DNA of 64,000 bases from Pelagomonas calceolata (lineage: Eukaryota), in assembly GCA_918797485.1 (NCBI GenBank), contig CAKKNE010000006.1:248001-312000 (forward strand), in the 5' to 3' direction. Below, one piece after another: positions 51,901-64,000 of this stretch (the first letter of the stretch is position 1; each line of letters begins with the position of its first letter). The notes below the pieces were generated by a model. It saw nothing but the letters and a program-made list of their open reading frames with translations. It did no database searches and had not been told where the DNA came from. The position numbers and the translations under genes are program-made.

Positions 51901-54900
51901 TGGCGAAGGCGTGGGTCACGTGGACCGGGGACGTAAGTGCGGGCTTACATCGGAGGGCCTTGCATTTACGAGGGGCCTTGGATTGCCAGAGGTGCGTCCA
52001 GCTGTGGCTCCAACGGAAGCGGGCGCGCGCGTTCCGCAAATGGTCTGGGCGCATACTTGTATTAAGAGGAACGAGCGCCGCGATCCGCCACTTGACACGG
52101 GTGCGGCGGCGCGTTCTCTATAGGATGCAATCTGCAGATCTGAGCCGGGCCTTCTGGACCTGGTACGACTTGTATTGTGAACGACGGGCCCTCGACCTGA
52201 AAGGTGATGAACGAGCGTTAACGTTACTCAGGGTCCTGGGGCGGTGGCCGCGACGGGCCCAATCGAAGGCCTGGCGGAGCTGGGAACTACGAATACGATT
52301 GCTAAGGCAGACGGAGCGATGTGTGAGACGGTGGCGGAACAAGCGCCACGCGAGGGCAATGAGGGCCTGGACGGAACATGTATGGGAGCGTAAATCTCGT
52401 AGAGACGCCCTGGACGGCGCCGCTCGGACCATGGGCGTCTGCGTTGCGGCGTGGTCGCGCAAGAAGGTCTACGGAGCGTTCCGCGCCTGGTCCCGGCGGC
52501 GCGTCCATCTGACAAGCTTAACTGACGCGGCTCGACGGCTCCACCGTCTTAAATCACAATCCTTGCGACGCTTGCGGTTCCTTCATGTTGGAAGGGGCTT
52601 CACGACCTGGTATCGCTTCACCCATTCCATGCGCATGCTTGACAGTGTCCATTCGACGCACCGCCACATGCTGTCGAGGATCGTGAAGAAGTGGGTGCTC
52701 CGGACGCAAAGTGTTGCCTGGAGGACGTGGTCGCGACGCGTCGTGTTGCTGCGTTTACTCGCCAAATCAGTAATGAGGCTCGTGAGGCGGGAGGCGTCGC
52801 GAGGGCTGATGAAATGGATTGCCGTCCTCAAGAGAGATAAAAGGGCGAAGGCGGCTCTACGACGTGTGCTCACGATGTGGACGAAGCGGCGCTTCACGCG
52901 CGCGTTCCGGACGTGGGCCGGCCGCTTGTTTTTGTTCAGAGATCGGCGCCAAGCCGCGAAGCGTCTACAAAGGATCAAGGCCTCGGTCATCCACCAAATC
53001 CAGCTACGTAAATTAGCACGCGCTCTAAGGACGTGGCGCGCCTACGGCTCGTCGTGTAGGGCGCTGGATCGGAAGCTGACCCGCAACGTCTTCACATTGA
53101 AGAAAGTACTCAGGCGATGGCTCAACCAGACGAAGGCCGTAGGCTTCAAAACCTGGCACAAAAATTCTATATGGAAGCGCGACTTCCGGCGATGCGTCAT
53201 GAGGATGCTGCGGTTCCACCTCTCGCAAGGCTTTGCTGTTTGGGCCGAAGGGTCCTTCGAAATCGGTGTGCGAGGCGACGCCGCCCGACGTTTACGGAGG
53301 AAGATGTTTATCGTTGCCAAGCGCATCATGCACAACAAGTTGCATCAAGCATTTGTGTCCTGGCTTTTGGTCCTCGACGAGGCGAGAGATGAAGAAGCTC
53401 GTAAAGTCGAGGCGTCTTCACAGATGCGCCGCTGCGTCGAGAGGTGGCTCACGCGAGGACTGCGGGACGCCTTCGACAGTTGGGCCGACGCCGTCGTGTT
53501 GAGGAACGACTTTGAAAAGTGTGTGAGGCGGATGCTTTCCCGGCAATTGTCAGCGGCATTCACGACGTGGTCCGGTATTAGTTTCCTGCACAAGTTGGGT
53601 AGAGCGGATAGACGAGGCGCTGCTCATACTATAAAACGGACGTTGACACTGTGGCACTCTAGGAAGAAGTTTTCTGCCTTCCGCAAGTGGTCCGGCCGGG
53701 CCTCGTTCCTGTCGAGGCGCTCTAGAGCTCTCCAACGGACCTTACTGATAAAGCGGAAGACCTTCCACCGCTTCCGGAACCAATTGTGCGCCAAGGGCTT
53801 TCGGACGTGGGTCGAGCACGGCCTGAGACGACTTGTATGGAAACGCTCTCTGATTAAGCAGCAACAAACCGCGAAAAGAGTGCTGAGGCGGTGGCTCAAG
53901 CGGCACAAGTCGAGGGCCTTCCAGACCTGGATCATGCGCGTCATTTTCTTGCGGTGTCTGCGGCGGTGCCTGCTGCGGTTATTGCGACGGCGGTTGGCCG
54001 TAGGATTTACTACTTGGTCCGGGCGCTCCTTTAAGTTACGAGATGCACGACGACGGTTCCAGCGTCGAGTCTTTGGCGTGAGAAGGTGTGTGAGACGGCT
54101 GATGCACCGAGAATTGATGATGGGACTATCGACGTGGTCTAAATTTGTCGCACAATGCAAGGAAAAAGATATTTTTGAGAACTTCAAGGAGATCCAGGAT
54201 TTGAGGCAGCACCGCCAGCGCCTCGCGACCTTCTCGAAGTGCGTCAAGGCGTGGCAGAGGCGGGACCGCGGTCGTGCCTTTCGGACGTGGGCTACTACTA
54301 CTATGTTCCTGCGGAATCTGGGACGGTGCGTATCGAGGATGTGTCATAGGCAACTCGCTGCGGCTTTTGGGAAGTGGAGCGGCCGCAGCTTTGCACTGTC
54401 AAAAAGACGCAATCTTCACGAGGACGCGTCGAAGCGACTAACACGCAATTTGCAGCGGTGGCTGCGCTGGCGGCGGAACCGCGCGTTCCTCAAGTGGACC
54501 GCGATCGTCGGTGCCGCCAACCTCTCACATAGGGTTCTGATAACGGCGACGCGCGTCCTAAGGAGGTGGCTCCTGCGGCAGGCTTCAATAGCCTTCCGCA
54601 CCTGGCACTCCCTGACAATGATGGAGACGCAGTCGAAGCAGTTCGAGGCGCTGTGGGATTCGAATATGGGCCGTACTAGGAGTAGCGTCGTGCGGCGCCT
54701 GACGCGGAGCTTAGCAAGATGGTCAAAACAACGGAAATCCATGGCCTTCAACGCCTGGGCGCGTAGTGCGTTCGGCGACTACCACGGCGACCTGTTAAAG
54801 TGGTCCGGTGCGGCTCTGTGTCGACGGGCGCTGGAACGGCGGCATCGAGGCATCGTCCACTCGAAGCTTCTGAGGTGGCGCCGGGCGACGTTCCTGGTGA

Positions 54901-57900
54901 GAAACGCCGAGAAGCATCGAGCGGTCCTCGCGGACGCTGAAATGAGACGCCGCCACTCTGAGAGTGAACGCAAGGCCCACGCCGCCGCTCGCTTGCATCG
55001 GTTCCTGCGGTCAAAACGCTACGGGTGCTTAAGGTTGGGCTTCGACGCCTTCGAAGGGCACACCCATAGCCTGATCGAGGCCCAGGCCCATCTCACAAAG
55101 GTGCGATCCGAGAGCTTGAAGCGATGCTATTTGAGATGGAGCCGCGGTACGCGACGCGAGGCCTTCCGCATCTTGCAGGGACGGCATGCGACGCTCGGGA
55201 AGAGGCAGAGCGCGTGCCGGCGCTTCCGGAGAACGTTGGGTCGCTTCGAGGCGTTCTCTGTTTCCACGGCCTTCCAGCAATGGGCGAGAACCATCAGAGG
55301 CGACGCGCGGGCCGAAGTTATATTAAGAAGGTGCCTCGGGCGCCTCGCGAACCGGGCCGTGGGTCGCGCCTGCGCGGCCTGGTGGCGCGTCGTGTTTGCG
55401 TCGAGGCGGCGCGAGGAGCTCCTCGAGCGGGCCTCGTCATTGTTGTGGCGCGGCGGCGTGACCGCTGCTATCATAAGGTGGCGCCGGTCCGTGAACCTGC
55501 GGACGCGCCTGACGCGGCGGGAGGCGACGCAGCGCGCTGCTTTACGTTTAGTAGCAAGAGGTCTCGAGGGCCGCCTCTCCACTCAAGCTTCGGCTCTGAA
55601 GCGCCACGCGCTGAACGCGTGGTGGTCTCAAATCGCCAAGCGCGGCTTCGTGGAGCAGCGCCTCCGCACCATCGCCACCCGCGTGGGGGCCGCGCGGACG
55701 CGGACCGCCTTCGGGACGTGGCGCTCTCACAGTCTTGCAACGGAGAAGCTGGCCTTCTCCCAGAATCACGCCGCGCATGCGATCAAGCGCGTTCTAGGGC
55801 GGTGGACGAAGCGGCTGCAAGCGCAAGCCTTCGAGGTGCTCGCGCGCCGCGCCGCGACGGCTAGGTTCTTGATTCGTATATTGATGAAGATGCTGCGTCT
55901 CAAGGTAGCGTCGGCCTTCGCGTCGTGGATTGGCGACGTGGCCTTGCTGAAGAGTCGCAAGAACGCCCACAAGGCGAGCGTCTTGCGGTTACGAAGGGTC
56001 GCGAGACGCATGGCGCGGTGCCTGAGCTACTGGCTGAAGCGTATCCAACTAAGAGCATTCCGGACGTGGGTCGACCTGTTGTCGAGGGAGGTTTCGAAAC
56101 TTTATGCCACGAAACACGTCGGGTTCATCGTGACGCGGTGGCGTCTGAGGCAGGTCTCAAGAGCTTTAAGAGCGTGGCGCTACACGACCGGTCTCACATT
56201 ACAGTCGGAGCACTTTGAATTGTTGTGGCGCGGTTCGTTGGGGCGAGGCCAGGACGCGGCCGCGAGACAACTGCAGCGGTGTCTCACGAGGTGGTTCGGC
56301 AAGAAGCGAACCCTGGGCTTCCGGGCCTGGGTGTCTTATGTGGGCGACGCCGCGTGCCGCCAGAATAGTGCTTCGTTATGTCTCCGCATCTGTAAGAAGG
56401 TCGCGGCGCGCGCGTCCCGACGGCGGTTATTGCTGTGGAAGCGCGCCTCGTTTTTAGCGAGGAATGCGGAAAAGCACCGGGCGGTGCTCGATGACGCCGC
56501 GTTGCGGCGGCGCCACGCGGTTTCGGAGCGGAAGGGCCACGCCGTTGCTCGCTTATCGAGGTACCTCCGGAGCACGATGAATGGCAGGGTGCGGCGCGCC
56601 TGGACTGATTTGAAAATAAATGCGGAGCGGGGCCGGTCTCTCTTGCAACAGGACGCCTTCCTCGCGCACCAGCGCAGGCATGCGCTCCGAAGATGCGTTT
56701 CATATTTGAGGAGCGGTGCGAAAGCTATGGCATTCCGAGCCTGGTTAGTCAACGCCGATCTATTGAGGACGAAGACGGTGACACTACGACGCGTTTTGGG
56801 GAGGTGGACGAAGCGCGTCCAATACGAGGCCTTTGAAGTGTTGGCAAGGCGCGTCGCCACCGCGCGGTTCCTGAGCCGGGTCCTGCAGAAGATGCTGCGC
56901 CTCAAGGCATTGACGGCGTTCACGACCTGGACCACTCATATACAAAGGCGCCTCACTTCCCATAGATCGTTGCTCTCGCGCGCCCGGGCGTTGCGCCGGT
57001 GCGCCAAGCTCGTCAAGGGAGGGCGGTTATCACTCTACTTCCGGGCCTGGGCCTTGAATATAAGAAGACGCAGCCGCGCGGAGGCCGCCTGTCGCCGGAT
57101 ACAGCGCGCCACGACGCGCTACGAGCGCGCTACACGATTGCGATACGTGCGAAGGTGGCTTCAGCGCGTGCGAGATGATAAGAGGGCTTCCATTATCTTG
57201 AGGAAGTGCCTCGGCCGCTTCGCGCATCGGGCCGTGGGCCGAGCGGCGGCAAAATGGTGGGGGGATATCATCATTGAAAGAAGACGGGAAGACCTCCTAA
57301 CGCGGGCCACCGAACTCTTGTGGCGCGGGTCGGCGACAAGTGCCATCTTGAGGTGGAAGTGCACGGTGCAGATTATCGGAAGGTCGAGCGCTGCGTTCCA
57401 AAAGTTACGAAGGCGGCGGGGCGTGGCTTTAAGGTTGCTGAAGCGGGGCCTTGTCGGACGTACGACCAGGGACGCCGGAAATCGATTGCGGCGCGCGTGG
57501 TTCAGATGGCGGGGCCGAACTAGGTTACTGAACGCCCTAGCAAGGAGGCTCTCCCGATTGGCGACGGCCGAGGCGCGCTACCGACTGAGGCAAGCCGTTC
57601 GGGACTGGGATCGGTTCGCCCAGGCCAAAATTCTGATCGAGTTAGATGATCACGGTCTGAACGCTGTTAGGTTTGAGGAGGCTAGGGCGAATGCGTTGCG
57701 CTTAAAACGCCAGCGGTCGACGGTGCGCCACGTCGCGAACGCGCTGCTGCGGCCGGCGCTGGCCCGCGGCTTCCGAGCCTTCCGCGGCCACATGATGCGC
57801 ATGCGGCGCCTCGCGAAGGTCTGCCAGCGGGCGCACATGCACGCGCGCTGTACCGTACAGAAGGCGTTCTTCACGATGAAGGCCCAGCGCACGAGAGGAG

Positions 57901-60900
57901 ACGCGTTGTCCATTGTCCAAGCCTCGGGCCGGTGGGTCCGCGAGGCCGGCGCCCGAGCCATGCGGGTCTGGTTACGAAGGCGGGCGCGCACGTTCGTGCT
58001 GTGGGCCTGGCGCATTTGGATGCTTAATATCAACGAGCAGCGTCTTGAAAACCAGCGGCGCCTGACGTCCAACTTAAATCTGGTCCAAGGGGCGTCGCGC
58101 CTGGAACGGACGCTGAAACGGTGGCGCTTCGCTACATTAGCGACGGGTCTCCAAACCTGGCTTGACCGCGCGGCTCTACTAAGGCACCGCCACGACCGCA
58201 ACACGGCCACGGCGACGGCCCAGATCTTCCGCTCTTTACATAGGAAGTGGACGCAGAACGCGCACCGGAGACTCGCGGCGTGGCGCCGCGCCGCGTTCCT
58301 GCTGCGCAACGCCGAGAAGCACCGTTTAGTATTAGACGAGGCGGAGGCGCGCCGCGCCTTCGCCACGACGAAGCGCAAGGCGCACGCCGTGACGCGCCTG
58401 GCGACCTGGGTGAGGCGGTGGCACGACGGTAAAAGGGCAAGGGCGTTTGTGCGGTGGTGCCGCTTTGTGTTGAACCACGAAGCATCTTGTTTGAGAGGAG
58501 GCCTGCGCGCGGACTGTTTAAAACGCTGTCTGCAACGAGGAATCAATCGTTGGGCCCTCCACGACACGTCAAGAGCGTTCCGGGCCTGGAAATCTTATAG
58601 GGACGCCTTTAACAACGACGCGCTGCGATACGGAGCCCAGACGGCTAAGTTCAAGCGCCTGCTCGCCAAGCACGCGCGCCGCACGACATCATACATACTT
58701 CGGGCGTGGTCCCAAAAGGCGCGCGCCGAGGCCCGGGCCGAGCGCATTTTGAAAAGGTGCCTCGGCCGCGCCGCGCACCGGTCGCTCGGCGCGGCCTGCT
58801 CGAGCTGGTACGACTTTTTGCGCTTCCAGGAGATCACAGAAACACGTGCGGCCAAGCTCGCGCGCTGCGCGCGGCGCCTCCGGCAGCCGCAGCAGTTCCG
58901 CGCATTCAACAGATGGCGCCGCGTCCTCGCGCTGTCCACGCAACGTTCAAATGCAGCCGCGCGCCTCGAGCGCCTGGAGCGGCGCATTGTGCGGCGATTG
59001 GTGAATGCGCGGCTAGGGGCAGCTATGGACGTCTGGTGCGCCCAGCGGCATAAAGTGTCGAGGGCCGAGCGGGCGCGGCGCCGTTCAGTTGAGGCGCTGC
59101 GCAAGGTGCTCACGCGGTACGCGTCCCGTGATAAACGAGCGGCCTTCCGCCTGTTTGTGGACGTGACGCGGCTTCATCAGACGCAGAGCCGCGCGGCCCG
59201 GCAGTTGGTGCGTGTTTTCAACCGAGCGCTCCGGAAACAGAGGGCCGCCCACCTCGTTACGGGGATGCGCCATTGGCGCGCGTACGTCGTCGAGGCGCGC
59301 GCGGCGGACCACCGCCGCGATCTACGCCTCCTCGACCTGAGGAAGTGCGTGGCGCGGTTCGGTCGACGGTCCCTCGCCTTTGCTTTTTTGAGGTGGGAAT
59401 CATGTATAGAGGCCCAGTATCGATTGCGGCGCCTGCTGTCGAACTGCGTGCTCCACAAGCGCAAGGCGGCGTTCCGAGCCTGGGCGGAAGGCGTGATCGA
59501 GCGCCGCGACACGTCGGAGGCGGTGCGCCACCTCTGGCATATTCACCACCGCATCTTTGTGAAGTGGTCTTTACGGAGACAGTCGTGCGGGTTCGTGGCG
59601 TGGCGCGACGTCGTAAGGACGCAATCGAATCGAACCCGCGCCCTCGCGCGCGTCGCCCGGCGCTTTTCTTCCTACCGGCGCGCGCTCGCGTTCCGCACGT
59701 GGCTGCGCCTGGCGGCGCGCTCGCGGCGCCGGGCCGAGCGACTTAAGCGGCGGAGCGACTCGAATGATTCATTAAGAGCTCGGTCGCTCCAGCTGCTGCG
59801 GAAGGTTTTAGTCAGGTACTCGCGGAGCGCCGCGCGGCTCTACTTTGTGAGCTGGGCCGCGCGCGTCGACGCCCGGTCGCGAGCGGCCAAGCTGCTCACG
59901 AAGTGCGCTAGACGGTTAGCGCATTTGGCCGTCGGCAAGGCGTGTTATGCGTGGTACGATTTGATAGTCGAGGATCGAAATCAGAGGGAGGCCCTGGACG
60001 CTATGTGTAGATGTCTGAAGCGGTTCCAGCACGCGCGGCTCTGGGCCGCGTATCGCAAATGGATGCTGGGGGCCCACATTGCGCAAAGGCGCTTGCACGA
60101 AGCGAAGCGGATCTATCTCATCAGGCGCAAGGCCCTGCGGCGCTTCCGTTCAATGGCCAAGGCTCGAGCCTTCACGACGTGGCGCGTCATGTCAGAGAGG
60201 TGTAGACGCATGGCGAACAAGTCGTTGGTATTGTCCATCAAGCTCAAAGTACCTATAGATAGGTGGACGCACCGGAAATTGTACAGAGCCTTCGGGACCT
60301 GGCTCGAGCTTATGATGGGCCTCCGCAATATGACGAGGGTCCTCAAGCGCCTCGGGAAGCATCACCTCGCGATGTCCTTTGATGCTTGGAGCGGCCACCA
60401 CTTTACAATGGCCCGGAAGCGCGACGCCGCGGCGCGGATCCGACGTATTGAAAGGCGCTGCGTTTTGAGGTTACAGGCGCGCCAGGCTTCGCGAGCGTTG
60501 CGGACCTGGGTTGCTTACGTCAAAGCCTGCCGCCTGCTCGAAAGGCGCTTGCTGCGCGTCGAGCGCATCCTCGCGAAGACAATCAAAAGGTGGGTCTGTC
60601 GCGTCAAGAGCGCCGCCTTCAACAAATGGAGGGACGGTTTGGTCTTTTTGAAGCATTTAGAAAGACTTTTACTAAGATTCGTCAAGCGGCATTTGTTCGT
60701 GGCGTTCCAGACGTGGTCCGGACGTTTACTCATCATCGACCGGCGACGAGCCGCCGCGAAGCGGCTGCACCGCTGCCAGCGGCGGGTGCTGAGGCACTTT
60801 TATAGTGTAGCGGTGTGGATGGCGCTCCAGAACTGGAAGCAGCTCTGCTGGGAACTGAGGGCTCAAGATGGAAGGACGGCGAGTGGGCTCGGGATCATGG

Positions 60901-63807
60901 AGAGATACTTGAGACGGTGGCTGAACCGTAAGGTTGGGCGCTACCTCACCACGTGGGCCTCCATAACAATATGGCTGCGCAACCTCGAGAAGGTTGTGCA
61001 GCGGTTGCGACGGCGGCGCGAGGCGATCGCGTTCGGGACCTGGAGCGGCGAGCGCTTCCGGTTAGAAAGGCGCCGCGATGTGCTACGGAGGGGCCTCAAG
61101 GCCCAGCGGCGGTGGCTTCGACGCCTGCGCCACTTCTCGGCTCAAAGAGCGTGGCGGAGCTGGATGAGTCTCGTCCTTTCCTGTAGAGAAGTTGACAGGA
61201 CGCGCGGCGTCATCCGCAGCATCCTCCACAAATCAGTGAGGAAGTGGGTCAATCGGAAGGTCGCCAAAGCTTTCACCACATGGTCTTCCAACATCGTATT
61301 CCTGCGCAATGTGTACAGGGTCGTCTCGAGATTAGAACACCGTTTCGTGGCCAAGGCCTTCGACACGTGGTCTCTGAGAAACTTCGCTCTAGACAAGAGG
61401 GTGGATTCGATCCGCCGAGTGTTGTTGCAGAAGAAACGATTACTTAGACATTTGTGTCTGAGAAGGTGCTCGCGCGCGTTTTTGGTCTGGCGCTCCCGGT
61501 GTCTCGAAGGTCACATACTGGACAAAGAGCAGGAGCTCGGGTTCTACAAGCTGCGCAAAGCTCTGAGGAAGTGGCTCCGGTGCAAACAAATGAGAGCCTT
61601 CGAGACCTGGTGTTCATTGGTCGAATTCAAGCGGAACCTATCCAGAGTTTTGATGCGGTTCACGAAGCGCAAACTCGCGGTGGGTTGGCGGACCTGGACG
61701 GACCGGAACTTCACGCTTGTTAGGAGACGCGATTCCTTGCGACGTGCACTGCGGGCCAAGGACCGTATCCTGCGGAGGATGATCCTCAAGAGCTGCTCGA
61801 AGGCATGGAGGACGTGGCAGCCCCACGTGGTGTGGGATAGAGCTGTCGCGGCGGACCGGGTGCTGGGGTTGCGGTGTTTGCGGCGATGCTTGTCGAGATG
61901 GGCGAAGCGCGACGTTTATGCGGCCTGGCGCACGTGGGCCGCGAAGACGAGGAGGACGCATCTTGTGAGGAGGTGCTGCTTGTATTTGCAGAAGCGGCGC
62001 CTCGCCCTCGGCTACCGGGCCTGGGCGGCGCACGTCACACGCCTCACGAAGAAGGAGGCCGCCGTCGTGCGTTTGACGCGGCTGGCCACCGGAACTCTCC
62101 GGAAGTGGCGCCGCCGGGGCCTCGCGAAGGGTCTGCGGGCCTGGCGCGGCTTTGTGGCGGAGTGCACAGCACTCGAACGTAAATTCGCGACGGTCGTGCG
62201 CGCGCTCCGGGCGGGGTTGCAGTGGTGGGCGACGGGTCGCTTGAAGGTAGCGTTGAGGCGGTGGCACGCCACTATCGCCTTCTTCGACGATCTCGAAAGG
62301 TGCGTCCTGCGCATGTTGCGAAGGCGCCTCGCGGTCGGCTTCCAGACTTTGGTGTCCGTAGTGGGCCTCGCCACAAAGCGCCAACGGGCCATCCACCGGG
62401 TCCTGCGATCAAAGAAGCGTAGTATTAGGCACATGCAGCATAGGAGACTAGGCCGGGCCCTGCGCGTTTTATGTCTCAACGGCTCGTCAACAAGTCAGAG
62501 CTCCAAGGACAAGGGCACGGCCGTGGCTTTGCTCAAAAGGTACGCGCGGCGCTGGGAGGGCGGCCAGAAGCATTTGGCGGTGCGGATTTGGTGTAGAAAT
62601 GCGGCCGCGCGAACGTCCAAGGGCGCGGCGGCGCTGCGGGCTCTTAACATAGGCCAACGGGCTCTGAGGAGGCTTCTTCGACTCCGTCTTTCAATGTCAA
62701 TGAACGCGTGGCGTAGTAGAACGGTCAACGATCATCGGGCGATGGCCATCCTGGCCAAGGTCGCGCTGCGCTGGAGGGCCGGCGCCGTCAGCAGATCATA
62801 TAGGAGGTGGGCGTTGACGGCGCGCCGGTTCACGGCGCGCAAGGTCGCCATGGTTCAGTTGGGGAGGGCCCTGCTGCGGTGCGGCGCCAGGCACCGGCGC
62901 AATGGGCTCGGTGCTGTTCTGGTCGCGTGGCGCGCACTATGTGTGATGGAGTCCGACTCGGACAAGGACAAGCGCCACGCCATTTCTGTCTTAGCGCGGG
63001 GCGCTTTCAAGTCAAAACGCCTCGCGCTCATCCATGGCGTGCGGACGTGGCGCGCCCACGCTCTTATTATGAAAGACGACGCGGCGCGGGCGCGCATCCT
63101 GCACCTTTTATCAAATCGCTGCGGCCGCCGCGTTCTTCGTAGAGCCATCAACCAGTTGCGCCCTGTGTGGAAATCAACCAGTGTGTCAGGTGCTCATTTC
63201 TCGGCGATGACGCGGCCGTCCTGGCTCGGCCGATCGGTGAGCAACCGGCATCGCCACGCCATCGAGCAGGCGTCGCGTCGATGGCGTGGAAGACGACGCG
63301 ATGATTCAGCACGAACGCGCCGTAAATTTTGATTTCCCCACAGGTGGCGCCTGAAGCGCACCGCGCCCGCGAAGCGCGCGCTCAAGAGGCACGTCGTCGC
63401 CCGCGTCTCGGCCGTGTCCCGGCGCCAGCTCTTCAAGGCCTTCGTCTTCTGGCGGTCGAGCGCGCCGCGGGCCGCCGAGGACTTCTGGCACGCGAACGAG
63501 TACTTGAGAAGAGCCGTGCGCTCGCGGCGTCCCGCGAGGTGCCTTCTTTTGGCCGTTGCCGTGCGTACGGATGCTCTGCTTTCGCCGCGTGCGCATGACA
63601 TCCACCGCCCCGCGTCGAGGGCCGCGCCAGCAGTCCGAGACGACCCACGCGCGCCGCCACTGCGACGCACGCCCTCGACGCGACCCACACGCGCCGTCGC
63701 CGCCGCCGCGAGCCACGCACACGGTCGCCGCCGCCGCGAGACCCGCCAATAACCCCACAAAAACGCGCAGGTCACCTGCGTCGAGGTCCGCAACGACCCT
63801 TCATTAA
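48915..63807 (+). CDS. Giant (~4,820-4,880 aa) Arg-rich protein with Trp-periodic Sfi1-like repeats
   Basis: 14.2-kb uninterrupted exon 48915-63154 with very many xAFxxW units; continues in frame after the introner at 63344 (NQ|WRLKR). Ends at 63752, or at 63807 if 63539-63770 is spliced. Confidence 0.85.
63155..63343 (+). mobile_element. Introner intron (GT-AG, 189 nt)
   Basis: TSD GTTGCGCC / GTGGCGCC; TIR CTGTGTGGAAATCAA / TTGATTTCCCCACAG; body highly similar to the 10692 and 34991 copies. Confidence 0.94.
63539..63770 (+). other. Possible final intron of the giant gene
   Basis: AG|GTGCCT...AAACGCGCAG|G; joins in frame to RSPASRSATTLH*. Confidence 0.5.
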
Positions 63808-64000
63808 AAGCTGCGCTGCGATCCTGCGTGCTGCGTTCGGCGAAGACCGAGCGAGGGTGGTTGCAATTGCAGGCGTGCTGCTTCGATGGGGATGGCGTCT
63901 ACCTCGGCCCGTCGCTCGCAATATACAGAGACGGTTTGACAGATGAAGTGCTGTTAGATGGCGGCGCGGCACAAGTGACCGGAGAGGGCTTTTGTGTGGA

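Noticed and set aside
63155..63332. C-terminus of the 4805-aa track ORF (PVWKSTSVSG...RRKF)
   Set aside because: Read-through into an introner; similar peptides appear in the track ORFs over the copies at 10.7 kb and 35 kb.
63990..64000. TGTGTGGA at the window edge as the start of another introner
   Set aside because: Only 8 bp match, the initial C is missing, and the rest is outside the window, so it cannot be assessed.
1..64000. tRNA/rRNA genes, transposase or reverse transcriptase ORFs
   Set aside because: None recognisable by eye; tRNAscan-SE, Infernal and HMM scans would be needed to exclude them.

Overview
This is GC-rich, very gene-dense eukaryotic nuclear DNA from a photosynthetic stramenopile. 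A pelagophyte such as Pelagomonas or Aureococcus is inferred from the LHC/FCP gene with an ASAF-type bipartite presequence, the compact genes and the ~200-nt introner introns. The window holds about 30 protein genes; recognisable ones are TRAPPC2, an LHC, an LRRC40-like LRR protein, an MMACHC-like protein, RPS25, COQ5, DUF4336, PES1, PRP19, a PKR1-like protein and an aldo-keto reductase. Five features stand out. (1) An ORF missing from the supplied track (2869 to <1, minus strand) encodes a SAM-like domain, a pseudokinase, a RelA/SpoT-type nucleotidyltransferase and an ankyrin array. (2) A family of introner DNA-transposon introns has CTGTGTGGAAA...TTTCCACACAG terminal inverted repeats and 8-bp target-site duplications, and is spliced in either orientation. 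(3) A dispersed 22-27 bp GCTAG-TGT(C/G)TTACA-N-GCTAGC motif lies about 140-230 bp upstream of many start codons and at tandem-duplication junctions. (4) A tandem triplication of a ubiquitin-like / permuted-RING / Tudor gene includes one frameshifted copy. (5) A ~4,800-aa Trp-periodic Sfi1-like giant protein fills the last 15 kb. All calls come from reading the sequence by eye; no database search was run.
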